From assembly GCF_009914755.1 (NCBI RefSeq), contig NC_060928.1: a stretch of 64,000 nt of DNA. One strand, given 5' to 3'. Below the pieces are notes generated by a model. That model was not told where the DNA came from and searched no databases. It saw only the letters and a list, made by a program, of their open reading frames with translations. A program made the position numbers and the translations under genes. Numbering within the stretch: the stretch's first letter is position 1; each line of letters starts with the position of its first letter. The stretch is from the human T2T-CHM13v2.0 reference genome, Homo sapiens. This document shows positions 51,066 to 64,000 of this stretch, in pieces.

Positions 51066-52382
51066 GGCAGTGTATTTCGTTGTAATTTTCCTTTTGATAA
51101 TTGGGTTAGAAAGAAGAAAATTGAAGAAAATTTTCAGTATCTACACAGTATCTATAAAAACATTAATAAAAGAAAATGCAAGCTAATTTCATTATCATAA
51201 ATATAGTGGGGGTTATCTGAACATTTTATAGCATATATATATTTCAACTAAATTCATCTAAATATGAATTTCAGACCAATTTGAGGGTAATGTAGCATAA
51301 GGCTAATTTTAATTTGAAGACTTAAGTCAGTTGCTTTCTTCTTTTCTTCATTCATAATTGAAATTCAATACAGGAGACTTTTCAAACATGTAGGTATAAA
51401 TACATATACTGGTTGCTGCAGAAGTCTGAGTCTATGTGTATTTCCTCATTCCTGCATATCACGTCTTGTGGGGCGCTTCACCAGAACCCATGTACCTGCA
51501 CAGATAGTTGTTTGAGAACTGCTTTGGAATGTGGAGGCCTTCAAGTGATTCTGGGTAGGGCAGATCAATGAGCAGCAGCATCATGTTTTTGAACAATATT
51601 CTCAGCACAAATACAAAGAATAAAGCAGGGTAGTGGCTTCATGTAAACATCAAAGATGGTCCTCACTCTGGAGTGCAGACAAATAAAGAATTTATTTTGC
51701 ATATATGTCTTTATAGCTAAGGCAATGAAGAGTCTATATACAATCTATAAAAATCTATAGCAATTTTAATTACAGCCTTTCACATGAAGTGTTTACTGGA
51801 GATCATAAAATACTTCCAAGAACTTGAGCCCGGGCTCTTCATAACATGAAAGTGTACCTGTTATTCAGTGTTGCCTCACTCAATTGGAAATGGATGAAAT
51901 AATGTTCCAGGAGATCTGATGCAACTGGCAGATGCATTCGGCAATAGCTTTATAATCACAAAAAATGTCTTTGCAATATCATTATTTCTTGTGTGTTACC
52001 AGAATAAAAATGTGTGATGTCATCAGTATTTCTGGGTGAAAAATAGCACAACCACACACAAACATTGCTTAAAATACATGTTCAACTCAAATACATAAAT
52101 AGGGCAATAAATATATGCATTGACCTTAAAATTGTGAAGGTAGTTTAAACGAGGTATGAGGAAAAGCAGACAAAGTAAAAAATGAGGCACTTGGTTAGAG
52201 AAACGAAAGTTGGAGGATGTCATCAACAGAAGCTGCTGGTGAGGAAGCAATTGCAGGATTTTTACAAAGTATAATGAAGTTAGAAATGGTTCTGTGTTTA
52301 CCTTATTAACAAAAGGAGAGGTATAACATAAACAGTTCTAACACATATTACAGGACCACACTTAAACAAGAAGAAGGAATTA

Positions 52383-52585
52383 TTTATACCATATATGTAT
52401 GTGTGTGTGTGTGTGTATATGTATATATGTTTGTACATGTATATACGTATGTGTATATGTATATGGTATATATATACCATATATGTGTGTGTGTATGTGT
52501 ATATGTGTCTGTAAATATATACATATATAATGTATACATATTATACTCTACATATTTTATATAATACTATATATACATATATAGT
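52383..52585. repeat. (TA)/(TG) compound microsatellite
   Basis: Directly visible; includes a 24-bp palindrome at 52460-52483. Confidence 0.9.
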
Positions 52586-53264
52586 ATTTATAACCCTCCA
52601 AGATCTTCTGGGTTCAGCTTTGTACTTTACTTTGTGCTCATTTGTTGTTACTCATTTGCTTATAACTTTACCTTGTAGGACATCATCCAAGAACCAATGT
52701 AACTTCAATATTATAATGTCATCTGTTCTTGACATATCAATTTGGTATGAGCTAATTGTTTTATAGAAAGACAAATTATGCAACCAGTTTATACAACATG
52801 GCATACATTCCTTTTCCTGATCTTGGGGCCAAATAGGACAAACACTGTACCAATATTTTGATGTTAAGTTTAATTAATAAGTGTGAGCTTTACATACACA
52901 TAAACCTCAGGTATCTTTAGTATTTTCAGAAACCACTTTCTATGTTTTCTTAAAACATGTAACCTTGAGTTAATCTCTGCTATGTTTAAGTCTTTTGTGC
53001 TACAATGGCAGAAAATACAAGGAATAATAATAGTTTTAAGTAACAGTAGTAACTGTTATGTTCCAGACACTTTTAATTTATCTCGATCTTTTTCAATACT
53101 CACTACTTTATGAGGTCACTGGAATAGCTTATTTTATAGTATAGATAGCAAGGTTATAGAGGGGAAAATTTCTTAATACTACCTTTCAGATTGCTTTGGG
53201 ACTCTAAGTCTATTCAAATCTCTGTGAGCTAGCTGCTGACCATTAGTCAAAGTTTTATATGGAG

Positions 53265-53430
53265 AAACTGCGTGACCAGTATATTTAATTTTTATGGAGC
53301 TTAATTTCATAATCTAAAAATAAAAATATAACATATCTCATTGGGTGGTTGTGAAGATAAATAAAACAATGCAACATCGTGCATGAAGCACTTAGTGATA
53401 AAACACAACACGCCTTTAATAAGCAGTGGC
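53265..53430 (+). mobile_element. MIR fragment
   Basis: CTGCGTGACC..TTTCATAATCTAAAAATAAAAAT..TCTCATTGGGTGGTTGTGAAGATAAATAA..AAGCACTTAG. Confidence 0.6.
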
Positions 53431-53679
53431 TCACTGATCTATTGTATTTAGGCTGAAATTAAAATATGGGCTTATGACATATAATTTAAAATATTTTAAC
53501 CACAACATAAAATCAATTTCATGTTAAAAACAGTACTATTGCTAAACAAATATTTCTGAGGTTTAATTTAATCAATTGAATAATTTTTTGCTTTTTTCAC
53601 TTTAGTTTCCTTCTACAAACTACAGTCTGGGTAGAAATTATATAGCAAATAAACATTTAATTAAAAAAAAAAAAAAACA

Positions 53680-53993
<314 letters not shown>

Positions 53994-54521
53994 GCATTTC
54001 TCTTAACAATACAATGGCGAGTAATACAAGAGGACTTCTTGTCTTGTCTTACTCTGTTGCCATGTATTTACCATCTTTCTCCCATTGCCCCTTCATGACC
54101 CCTTCAGCAAGCGGAGATGAAAACATTGTTTTTAAACATTGGGGCCTCCTCTAGACATCATGAGAGGTAAGGGTTTCTGTTGGAACAACTCACTTTACAA
54201 CCTGGATCTGTTACCGTAGAGATTAGCCCAAAAGACTTCTGAGCTTCAAAGTTGGAGCCCTGTCAACGTAATTAATCTGATTTTCCAGTACAGCATGAGT
54301 GAAGGCTGGCAATTTGAATGGAAGAAAGAACCTCTTTGACCCTGGAGGAAGAAGAACATCCACAAACTAGAAGGAGGGAGGAAGACATAGATTGATTATG
54401 TGTTGATACGTGAGTGCTAAATGCCAGAGACTTAGAAACATAAGCAGACGCTATGGAGGGGACAAAATTACTAATGAAATTGGCTCATGGTGGATGGGTT
54501 AAATCCATCTAAATTACCTCA

Positions 54522-54988
54522 CTGATCATTTCCAATTGCTGCTGTAACAAATAATCACAAATTCCATGGCTTAAAATAAAAGCTAATGATGTTACAGTTC
54601 TGGAGTTCCCAGGTATGAAATCGATGTCTCACTGGGCACAAAACAGTCTGCAGGCCTGTTTCTTCTGGAGGTTCCAGCAGAGAATCTGTTCCCCTGCATT
54701 GTCCAACTTCTCAACGCTGCCTGCACTCCTTCCCCTCTGGCTCCTTCCTCCATCTTTAAAGACAGCAGTATAGCATCTTCCGCTCTCTCTCTGATTGTGA
54801 TACTAACTTTTCTGTCTCCTTACTGAACATTCGAAAGCTCTTACTCTTACATTGTACCCACCTGGGAAATCCATGATAATGTACTTTAAGGTCAGAATTT
54901 CCTACCGACATGTAACAGAGCATATTCACAGGCCCTAGGGAGTAGAACATCAATATCTTAAGAGCAGGGGGACTATCCTCATATTACA
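54522..54988 (-). mobile_element. MLT1C/D-type MaLR LTR
   Basis: TTGCTGCTGTAACAAAT..GGCTTAAAA..TTCTGGAGGTTCCAGCAGAGAATCTGTTCCC..CTTCCTCCATCTTTAAAG..ATTCACAGGCCCTAGGGA. Confidence 0.8.
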
Positions 54989-55638
54989 ATGGGCAGATGG
55001 TGTTGGAGAAAATGCTGCAACAAAAAAAACTCTTTACACTAAGGACAGTGTATCAGGGAGCATCCCATTTTCTCTTGGTTCACTTAATCCCTGGGTTAGG
55101 AAAATGATCATGGAAGTAGGACATGCTTCAAAAAAATGAATTGTTCACAACTTTGGTAGCTCTGGCTTCAAGTTAGATGTAATTTGTTATACAAAAACAA
55201 ATAAAGACTTATCATTTTTTGCTGTGAGTAGAGGGGAGCAAGTTTGTGACTTCGGTTTTCCCTTCACAACTCCTTCATTTTCAGTACACAGGAGAGTTCT
55301 CAAGTGCATTTTATGGACTATCTAGGTTTCCAAGTAATTAAGGATCTAAGGATCTTTTTGATTCTTCACTTTTGAGGATAAAGTATTTTGAAAACTTACA
55401 TAGAACAAGTATCCTTGAAATGATAATATAATAAAAAATTATGTATTTAACAAATAAATTAATATTAAGAAAGATTAAATATTTTCTTGATATCATTGAG
55501 AAGTCAGGTGCAGAAATCACATTCATTGTCACAAATATCAATGTTTCTATCAAAATCCATATTTTTAAACACAACCCTGGTATTTCCCCTAAGTCATCTT
55601 ATAATAAGTAACAAAAATTCCATTTAAAAGTAGATTTT

Positions 55639-55945
<307 letters not shown>

Positions 55946-56224
55946 CTTCATCCCTTAGAGGAAAACTTCCATTTGGGACCTAGCAGTCAGTACTTTAAAA
56001 TCACGTCTGGTAAGTATTACTCATAGCCAGCTTGAGATATCTTGCATTACACAGTACAATATCATTTATTCCTGGAAAATGCACTTCTACAGAAATATAT
56101 CTCAAGTAATTGCCTCTAGCTGAAGAGCAATTTATAGTATTAGGACATTTGCAACTTCCACATGTGTCTGCCATTTTAAGTCTTTATAAGTTCTCAAATT
56201 CCAACTGGACACCTCTCTAGTTAA

Positions 56225-57014
<790 letters not shown>

Positions 57015-57750
57015 TGATAGCCCTATTCCTGAGAGACTGCCAGTATGCTGTCAAGTTCACAATTTCCCCACTGTCATTGGCAATGTTGCACTGGCCACAA
57101 AGGAAAACAATCCCCAGAGTACTAAAATTAATGTTCTCTTTACACTGCTGTCACAAATGAATGGATTTTCAAATAGAAATTATACAAGGAAAATTGCCTT
57201 CAGAACAAGACAACATTCTGCAAGAAAAATGTCATGCACTGTTTATTTGTCTGACCAATGCATAGGCTTCTAGGAAATAGAGTTTATTATAGAGAATTAT
57301 GATGGGATTTTGACAGACACTACAGCGGGAGCACTGTGAGAAAAATGTTGTTTGGTCAACACAAAGCAATTACTTGTTAGGGAGACTACTGTAGATAAAA
57401 TGACATTCCCCTGTTAGCCTCAATTTTATGACTAAATTTTCAAGCATTTTAGTCTTCGTTACCAACGGTAAAATGTAAGTTAGTTTGCTAAATCATAATA
57501 ATTATATTTGTCATCATCTACAGGTACACACCAATATACATTCCCTAAAATGTCAACAGCATATTCTTTCCTTGTATAAGAAGTTTACTTGAATACCAAT
57601 ATTACAAATTTTATAGGATGACAGTTATTGTGTGATTCTTGCATCAGGGAGAATTTTCTAACTTACACATCATTTTATTTTCCTAGTAACTAATCAGATC
57701 AACTTGCTTTCGGCTTATCTCCAGGTTTTAGCTTGACAGGTTTTATAAAA

Positions 57751-57807
57751 AGATGACCAGATGTGGAGAATAGAGGCCAAAGGAAAGGGTGAGGGAGAAA
57801 TATCATG
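57751..57807 (+). repeat. 57-bp dispersed direct repeat, copy 1
   Basis: AGATGACCAGATGTGGAGAATAGAGGCCAAAGGAAAGGGTGAGGGAGAAATATCATG; 56/57 identical to 58892-58948. Confidence 0.95.
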
Positions 57808-57984
57808 TTTAAACTGTTGAAGGAGTCTATTTCTAACTCTCTATAAAATTATTGGTCCAACTGGCTAACTACAATCTTCAGGATCAGTTTTTAAAAATGT
57901 TCCCTTCTTACATATACCATATATCTAATCCTATTAGCTTGCTATCTTCTCTCATTTTAATATCAGCAACAACCTCTTACATGG

Positions 57985-58528
57985 TGTGATGGTTGATACT
58001 GAGGATAAACTTAATTGGATTGAAGGTTGCAAAGTGTTTTTCCTGGGATGCATCTGTGAGGGTGTTGTCAAAGGACATTAACATTTGAGTTAGTGGCCTA
58101 GAAGAGGCAGACCCATCCTGAATCTGCTCTGCATGGTTACCATATAATCAGTGGCCAGTGTGGCTAGAAGAAAGCAGGCCCATGAGACTGGCTGTCTTCT
58201 GGCCTTCACCTTTCTCCTGTGCTGGATGCTTCCTGTCCTCAAACACTGGACTCTTGAACAAGGTCTTCAGCTCTTGTACTCTTGGACTTACGCCAGTAGT
58301 TTTCCAAGGGATCTTGAGCCTTCGGCCACAGACTGAAGGCTGCACTGTTGGCTTCCCTGTTTTTGAAGTTTTGGGACTCGGACTGGCTTCCTTGCTCCGC
58401 AGCTTGCAGATGGCCTATTGTGGGACTTCACCTTGTAATATTGTGAGTCAACACTCCTTAATAAACTCCCTTTCATATATACAACTATCCTATTAGTCCT
58501 GTCCCTCTAGAGAACTCTGACTAATATA
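57985..58528 (+). mobile_element. MLT2A (A2-like; HERV-L) solo LTR, TSD CATGG
   Basis: TGTGATGGTTGATACTGAG..GGATTGAAGG..TAATAAACTCCC..CCTATTAGTCCTGTCCCTCTAGAGAACTCTGACTAATATA; CATGG at 57980-57984 and 58529-58533. Confidence 0.9.
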
Positions 58529-58891
58529 CATGGTATCCCTGAATCTAGCCTTATCTTTTTCCATCCATTCATGCATTCACTAAGTTACACTTAGCTCATC
58601 TTTTCTGACAAGAAAAAAAAGGAAAAAGAAAAAGTTCTAAACCGTTACTCCAAAGCTATTCTGCTAAGCCACTCTGCTTAGATTCTCCAATACTTTTCAC
58701 CATCCTCTGAACAATATCTAAAACAGTGAACTTCTCCACTTATCTCTCCCTTTAAACATTTGAGGGAGGGTTGGTAGCAAGATCTACCTATTAATAAAGT
58801 TTCTGTCCTCCCCACAAATTCTACCTTCAAACCATCCATACACTCTTCCTTAAGATTGCATTCTCCACATGCAAAGTCTGAAGAGTTCATG

Positions 58892-58948
58892 AGACGACCA
58901 GATGTGGAGAATAGAGGCCAAAGGAAAGGGTGAGGGAGAAATATCATG
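58892..58948 (+). repeat. 57-bp dispersed direct repeat, copy 2, bracketed by TCATGAGA repeats
   Basis: Identical to 57751-57807 except position 4 (C vs T); TCATGAGA at 58887-58894 and 58944-58951. Confidence 0.95.
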
Positions 58949-59501
58949 AGATTTCATGTGCAAGTGACTTACGAAGGTAGTACTTTCAGGAGATGCCAGT
59001 GAGGTGAAAGAGTAAAACATGAAGGGGAAGAAGACAAACAAATGTGCAAAGTCATACACAGTCTCATGGAGGGAAGCTATGCTCTGATGTTCAAGGACAC
59101 GCTCAAGAGTAAATTACACCTCAGCTTTGTTGAAACCTGGGGCAGGACTACGGAGTTCTGATGCTCCAACGTACTGTTCATGGGCTAAAAGCCTTTGAAG
59201 GCAGAGGGGAACATAAACTCCAGTTGTATCATTTAAGCAGATCCCATAGTGCTGTGACATCTCTATAAGGAGAATAGAAAGTATAAGCTTTAAAGGAAAA
59301 AATTTCAGAAATTCAGAGGGGGTACATAATAATACCAAAAATGATCATGGAGATCAGAACACCCACAGTGTTCACTTTTAGATTAGCTAGTTCCCCTTAA
59401 ATAATTATATAAAATTCCTCAAAAAGGCAAAGCCTTTGTGTGTCTTTTAATTCTATCACTTTCAAACTACAGCAATTATTCATGATTATAAAACCCAAAA
59501 T

Positions 59502-60762
59502 CTTCTTTGTAGAATTGACTGCTTATGTTTTTCTCTCCTTTTAATGGGATTATTTGGTTTTTGCTTGTGGATATTAGTTCTCTATAGAGTACTTAATACA
59601 TAAATAATAACTAGTAGGCCTTTGTCAGATGCATAGTTTGCAGTCTTCTCCCATTTCATAGGCTGCCTGTTTACTCTTTTGATAGTTTATTTTGCTATGT
59701 AGATGCTCTTTAGTTTAATTAGGTCCCAATTTTCTATTTTTGTTGTTGCTGTTGTTGCAATTGCTTTTGGAAACTTAGCCAAAAATTCTTTGTCAAGGCC
59801 GATGTCAAGAAGAGTATTTTCTAGGTTGTCTTCTAGGGTTTGTATAGTTTGGGGTCTTACATTTAAATCTTTGATACATTTTGAGTTAATTCTTGTACAT
59901 ATTGAAACGCAGGGATCCAGCTTCAGTCTTCCATTATTGGCCAGCCAGTTATCACAGCAGCACATAACGAATAGGAGTCCTTTACCCAATATGAAAAAAA
60001 TGATTAGCTTCATTAATCATCAAAGAAATGCAAATCAAAACCATGATGAGATACCATCTCACATTAGTCAGAATGACTATTATGAAAAAGTAAAAACATC
60101 AACAGATACTGGTGAAGCTACACAAAAATGGGAACCCTTGTACACTATGGTGGAAATGTAAATGAGTCCAGCCACTGTAAAAAACAGTCGGGACATTTAT
60201 CAAAGAACTTAAAACAGAGTTAGCATTCAACCCAGCAATTGCATTACTGGGTATATATCCAAAGGAAAACGAATTATTTTACCAAAAAGACAGATGCACT
60301 CTCATGTCCGTCACTGTGCTATTCACAATAGCAAAGATGTATAATCAACTAAGCTGCCCATCAGTGGTGGGTTGGATAAAGACAACTTGTTACATATGCA
60401 CCATGGAATACTACACAGCCATATAAAAATGAAATCATGTCTTTTGCAACAACATGGAGGCCATAATCCTAAACAAATTAGTTCCAGAACAGAAAACCAA
60501 AATACTGAATGTTTTCACTTATAAGTGAGAGCTAAACACTGAGTACACATGGATATAAACATGGGAACAACTGACACTACTGACTACTAGAGGGGGGATG
60601 GAGGGAGGAGGGCATGCGTTGAAAAACTGTTTATTGGGTACTATGCTTAGTACCAGGGTGTCAAGATCCATACTACAAACCTCAGCATCACGCAGTATTC
60701 CCATGTAACAAACCTGCACATGTACCCCCATATCTAAAACAAAAGTTGAAATTGAAAAAATA
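59502..60762 (+). mobile_element. L1PA16-like 5'-truncated, 5'-inverted insertion; TSD AAAACC(C/T)AAAAT
   Basis: 59502-~59987 is antisense ORF2 (LKLDPCVSICTRINSKCIKDLNVRPQTI..WDLIKLKS); ~59988-60762 is sense ORF2 end and 3'UTR; TSD at 59490-59501 / 60763-60774. Confidence 0.87.
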
Positions 60763-61059
60763 AAAACCTAAAATATCAAATATCTTTTACACTTTCTTCT
60801 TTTGCCCTTGTAAATAGAAAGAGTCTCTCTATATACGAGCAGAAATTCAATTATATTCATTCTCCTGTGTTCTCTATTTTTGTTTAAAATACATAAGTGT
60901 TTAAAAACATAACATCTACTATTTGTGGTCTGTCGAATACCAGTACATAAATGTTTCTTCCCCTTATGTGGACATAACATGGGTGTTATTGTAGGTTTGC
61001 TTTCAAATCCAGTTATCACCTTTTAATTGCAAAATTGATTTGCTATACTCTTTTTTTCA

Positions 61060-61453
61060 ACTTTCTTCTGACAAGTATATTCCAGATAGAACTACTGGTG
61101 AGAAACTAGAAGAGTCAACAGGAGATTAAGGTCTATTTTGTTCTCGTGTTCTCTATTAGATGAAGCTTTCAAAACATGGGTCATCTTCTTCTGGGCTCCA
61201 GTGTTCAACAAAACAATCGTTCTCTCTGTGGCTCCAGATCCCACAGAACTAGCAATGAGACAATTTTACCTTTCTCTGAGACCCTTTATACCCTTCAGGT
61301 GGTAGTTGCCTCTTGTTTCTAATCTGAGTTGTGTCATAATCACTGCTTGGCTTCTAAATTCATTATCACTTATGCGATCAGTTCCGTCTTTTAATTTCTT
61401 CTACTGGAAATGCAAGGAGTGTTTTTATTTGACTGAACCATAAATGAAATACA
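61060..61453 (+). mobile_element. LTR33-family ERVL LTR fragment
   Basis: CTTCAGGTGGTAGTTGCCTC..TTAATTTCTTCTACTGGAAATGCAAGGAGTGTTTTTATTTGACTGAACCATAAATGAAATACA resembles an LTR33A-type 3' end. Confidence 0.5.
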
Positions 61454-61924
61454 AATAGAGATAGATATTCAACATTATCAAGAAGATTGTTTTAGATTTT
61501 CTCTTTATATAATTTTTGTCTTTTCTAACTTATCAGAACTGAGAAAGAGATGCTGTTTACCCCCATCTACTACTGCGTAGTTTCTGTCAGATCCTTCTAT
61601 ATATTGTAATTTAAAAATAATCTATGATAGCATTTCATTTTGCATATTATGCTCATGTATGATATTTTTCATCTTAAATTACATATATAATCACAGTCAA
61701 TCATTTTTCCCTATTTATTTATTTTGTTTTTAAATTGAATATTTGTGTTTTGGCATTGTAATTTCTCATTTACTTATTTTCATTTATGTCATATATTAAT
61801 GTCATTCATTTCACTTTTAATTATTTGTCACAACTTTGGTTTATAAATGGTTTCATAGATAGGATATATAATTGTTATATGTTATATTTGGGCAACTCCA
61901 AGAGAATATTTTTTATATTAGTTT

Positions 61925-62450
61925 TGGGATAATTTTCTTTCTACAGAAGTGTAAATAGTACAGTTATATATTTCACCCGGCTTTCTCTTACGTTAACATC
62001 TTATTAAAGTATGGAACATTTACCAAAATAAATGAACTTTGAGATGATACTATTTTAAAAAGCATAGAACTGGCCAAGCACGGTGGCTCACTCCTGTAAA
62101 CCCAGCACTTTGGGAGGCCGAGGGGGGTGGATCAAGAGGTCAGGAGTTTGAGACCAGCCTGGAAAATATGGTAAAACTCCGTTTCTACTTAAAAAAAAAA
62201 ATAATGATACAAAAATTAGCCGTTCGTGGTGGCATGTGCCTGTAGTCTCAGCTACTCGGGAGGCTGAGGCAGAAGATTCGCTTGAACTCCAGAGGCGGAG
62301 GTTTCAGTGAGCCGAGATCGCACCACTGCACTCCAGGTTGGCCAACAGAGTGAGATCCCATCTCAGACAAAACAAAACAAAGCATAGAACTTACTCAAAT
62401 TTCACAAGTTTTTCTGCTAATGTCCTTCTCTTCCAAGAGCCAGATCCCGG
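61925..62450 (-). mobile_element. L1MC 3' end fragment interrupted by an Alu
   Basis: AATAGTACAG..TTCACCCGGCTTTCTCTTACGTTAACATCTTA..TACTCAAATTTCACAAGTTTTTCTGCTAATGTCCTT. Confidence 0.6.
62072..62378 (+). mobile_element. AluSg-like, TSD AAAGCATAGAACT (62059-62071 / 62379-62391)
   Basis: GGATCAAGAGGTCAGGAGTTTGAGACCAGCC; exact 13-bp TSD; (CAAAA)n tail. Confidence 0.92.
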
Positions 62451-62524
62451 AAATCCAATAAATAGCAAGTAGGATAGGAAATCCAGCCAACCAATCAACC
62501 AACCAACCAACCAATAAACCAAGC

Positions 62525-63350
62525 TCTACATATCTTAGCTGAACTACAGAAGACCAGAAATATAAGAAAGATTTTTAAAAGTTGCAATAAAGAAAAGGCA
62601 GATTATTCACTAAAAGGTCTGGGGGATAATCTCTCAACTGCAATAATGGTGGTCAGAATAAAGAAAAAGAACATTTCTAGCAGACTGAGGGAAAAGAATT
62701 TGTCAATCTAAATTTCAGTAAACAGCTAAACTATGTTTTGTGGATGAAAAAGGAATTAACTATTTACAATCATAAACAAAACAGTTTATGCTGCTAAAGC
62801 AAAGTCTAAAATTGTATACTTTGGGCACAAGAAAAATGATTCTACATGGGAGATCTTATATGTGAATAGAAATAGTGAACAAATTGATAATGGCAACTGT
62901 ATTGATAGAACTACCCAAGGAATGGTAATAGGAAACCATTATAATAATACCAAGTTTTCCATGGGTGGGGGACAATAATGGAACAGAATGCTGACCTACA
63001 ATACCATAAAAGTTTTGAAGGAGAGACAGAATTAAATTGTTCAGTTACATTTGTTATCCAAAGAGCTAGAGCAAATGCTGATTATGTTTTGTTTAAATAC
63101 TCATGTTAAAATCGCTAGGGTTATAAAGACAAGACTGAGTTAAGAGTATTTAACTTCCTCAAAAAATTAAAAAGGATAAATAGAATGGGAAAAAGGGTGA
63201 GAATTTCAACTTATAAAACAACAGGGCAAGAAAGAAGAAAGACAAAAAAATAGTCAATGAAAATAAGAGGATATATTAGTGGAAATAAAACAAATATATG
63301 TCAGAAGTCAGAGTAAATGTAAGTAGAATAGCCTTTCCAATTATACTAGT
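62525..63350 (+). mobile_element. Ancient L1M ORF1 C-terminal / inter-ORF remnant
   Basis: A-rich sense L1 pattern (AAAGATTTTTAAAAGTTGCAATAAAGAAAAGGCAGATTA; CTGAGGGAAAAGAATTTGTCAATCTAAATTTC..AGCTAAACTAT; GTAAATGTAAGTAGAATAGCCTTTCCAATTA). Confidence 0.6.
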
Positions 63351-63359
63351 CAAGTTTCA

Positions 63360-63790
63360 AATAGGGAAAGATGGTATCTCAACTTTTGCAAGTTTCAGGG
63401 GGTTTATTAGTAAATAGACCATTTACAAAAGTTTGAGTTGGTTTGGGAGAAGCACAATTACCCAGGCTTAGAATCATTAAAACTATTATTACCTCTAGGT
63501 CCAAAGGTGTAGAGATGGGAACAGTTAATGCAAGGTAAGAGTTATGTTGAGGAGGCCTCTTTGAGTGTAGCTCAAGATGACATTTTGAGGAGGAATCCAA
63601 GGGAATAAATATCTTAACCTCGTTCACTGCACTCCCTATGATTTACTGGAAATCCCTGTTGAGTAATCCGACTAAATACCGATGGTCAAAGGAGCCTGCT
63701 GATGGATTCCTCAATGATTATCCTCCCAAAATTGAGAGTGAAGAATGGAACATAGATCAGAAGGAAAAAAATAGCTGTCAAATCAGTTCT
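63360..63790 (-). mobile_element. LTR33 (ERVL)
   Basis: GACCATTTACAAAAG..ATTACCTCTAGGTCCAAAGG..GGGAATAAATATCTTAACCTC..GGAGCCTGCTGATG, collinear with antisense LTR33 as recalled. Confidence 0.65.
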
Positions 63791-64000
63791 TACAAACGTT
63801 AAGTTTAATTATATTTCTAGAATACTTAATTATAGCTTATCAGAAAATATTGTTTGAATACTTACATAATTTTACTGCTATGTATTAAAACAAATTCATA
63901 TAATCCATCAAATAACACATACCACTTAAATCTATTTCTCCAGAAGATGCAGATATTTCTGAATGTATTTTATCCCAAAAATAGTATAAGAATTAAAAGC

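Noticed and set aside
52460-52483. 24-bp perfect palindrome TATATGGTATATATATACCATATA
   Set aside because: Inside a TA/TG microsatellite; mostly low-complexity symmetry.

Overview
AT-rich, repeat-dense mammalian DNA, almost certainly human because it carries a near-consensus AluYb8. It looks intergenic or deep intronic. I found no intact protein-coding exon, RNA gene, CpG island or CRISPR/prokaryotic feature, and the ORF track is explained by Alu/L1/LTR sequence, microsatellites or chance. Much of the window is recognisable interspersed repeat: about 17 Alu/FLAM copies, L1s of several ages (three with 5' inversions), ERV1/ERVL/MaLR LTRs, Tigger/Charlie/mariner DNA transposons, MIR and L2. The main non-repeat signal is a decayed ~1.25 kb copy of the plectin (PLEC) C-terminal plakin-repeat coding region at ~5186-6440, cut off by an MSTB LTR. 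Other notable structures: a ~140 bp AT-rich near-perfect palindrome (49045-49184), a 57 bp dispersed duplicate with templated-insertion junctions (57751/58892), inverted micro-duplications around an Alu (25.5-26.1 kb), and a compact GATA/bZIP/ARE motif cluster (22.7 kb). I see no evidence for a new multi-gene system. Repeat subfamily names come from my recall of consensus sequences and need RepeatMasker/Dfam confirmation.
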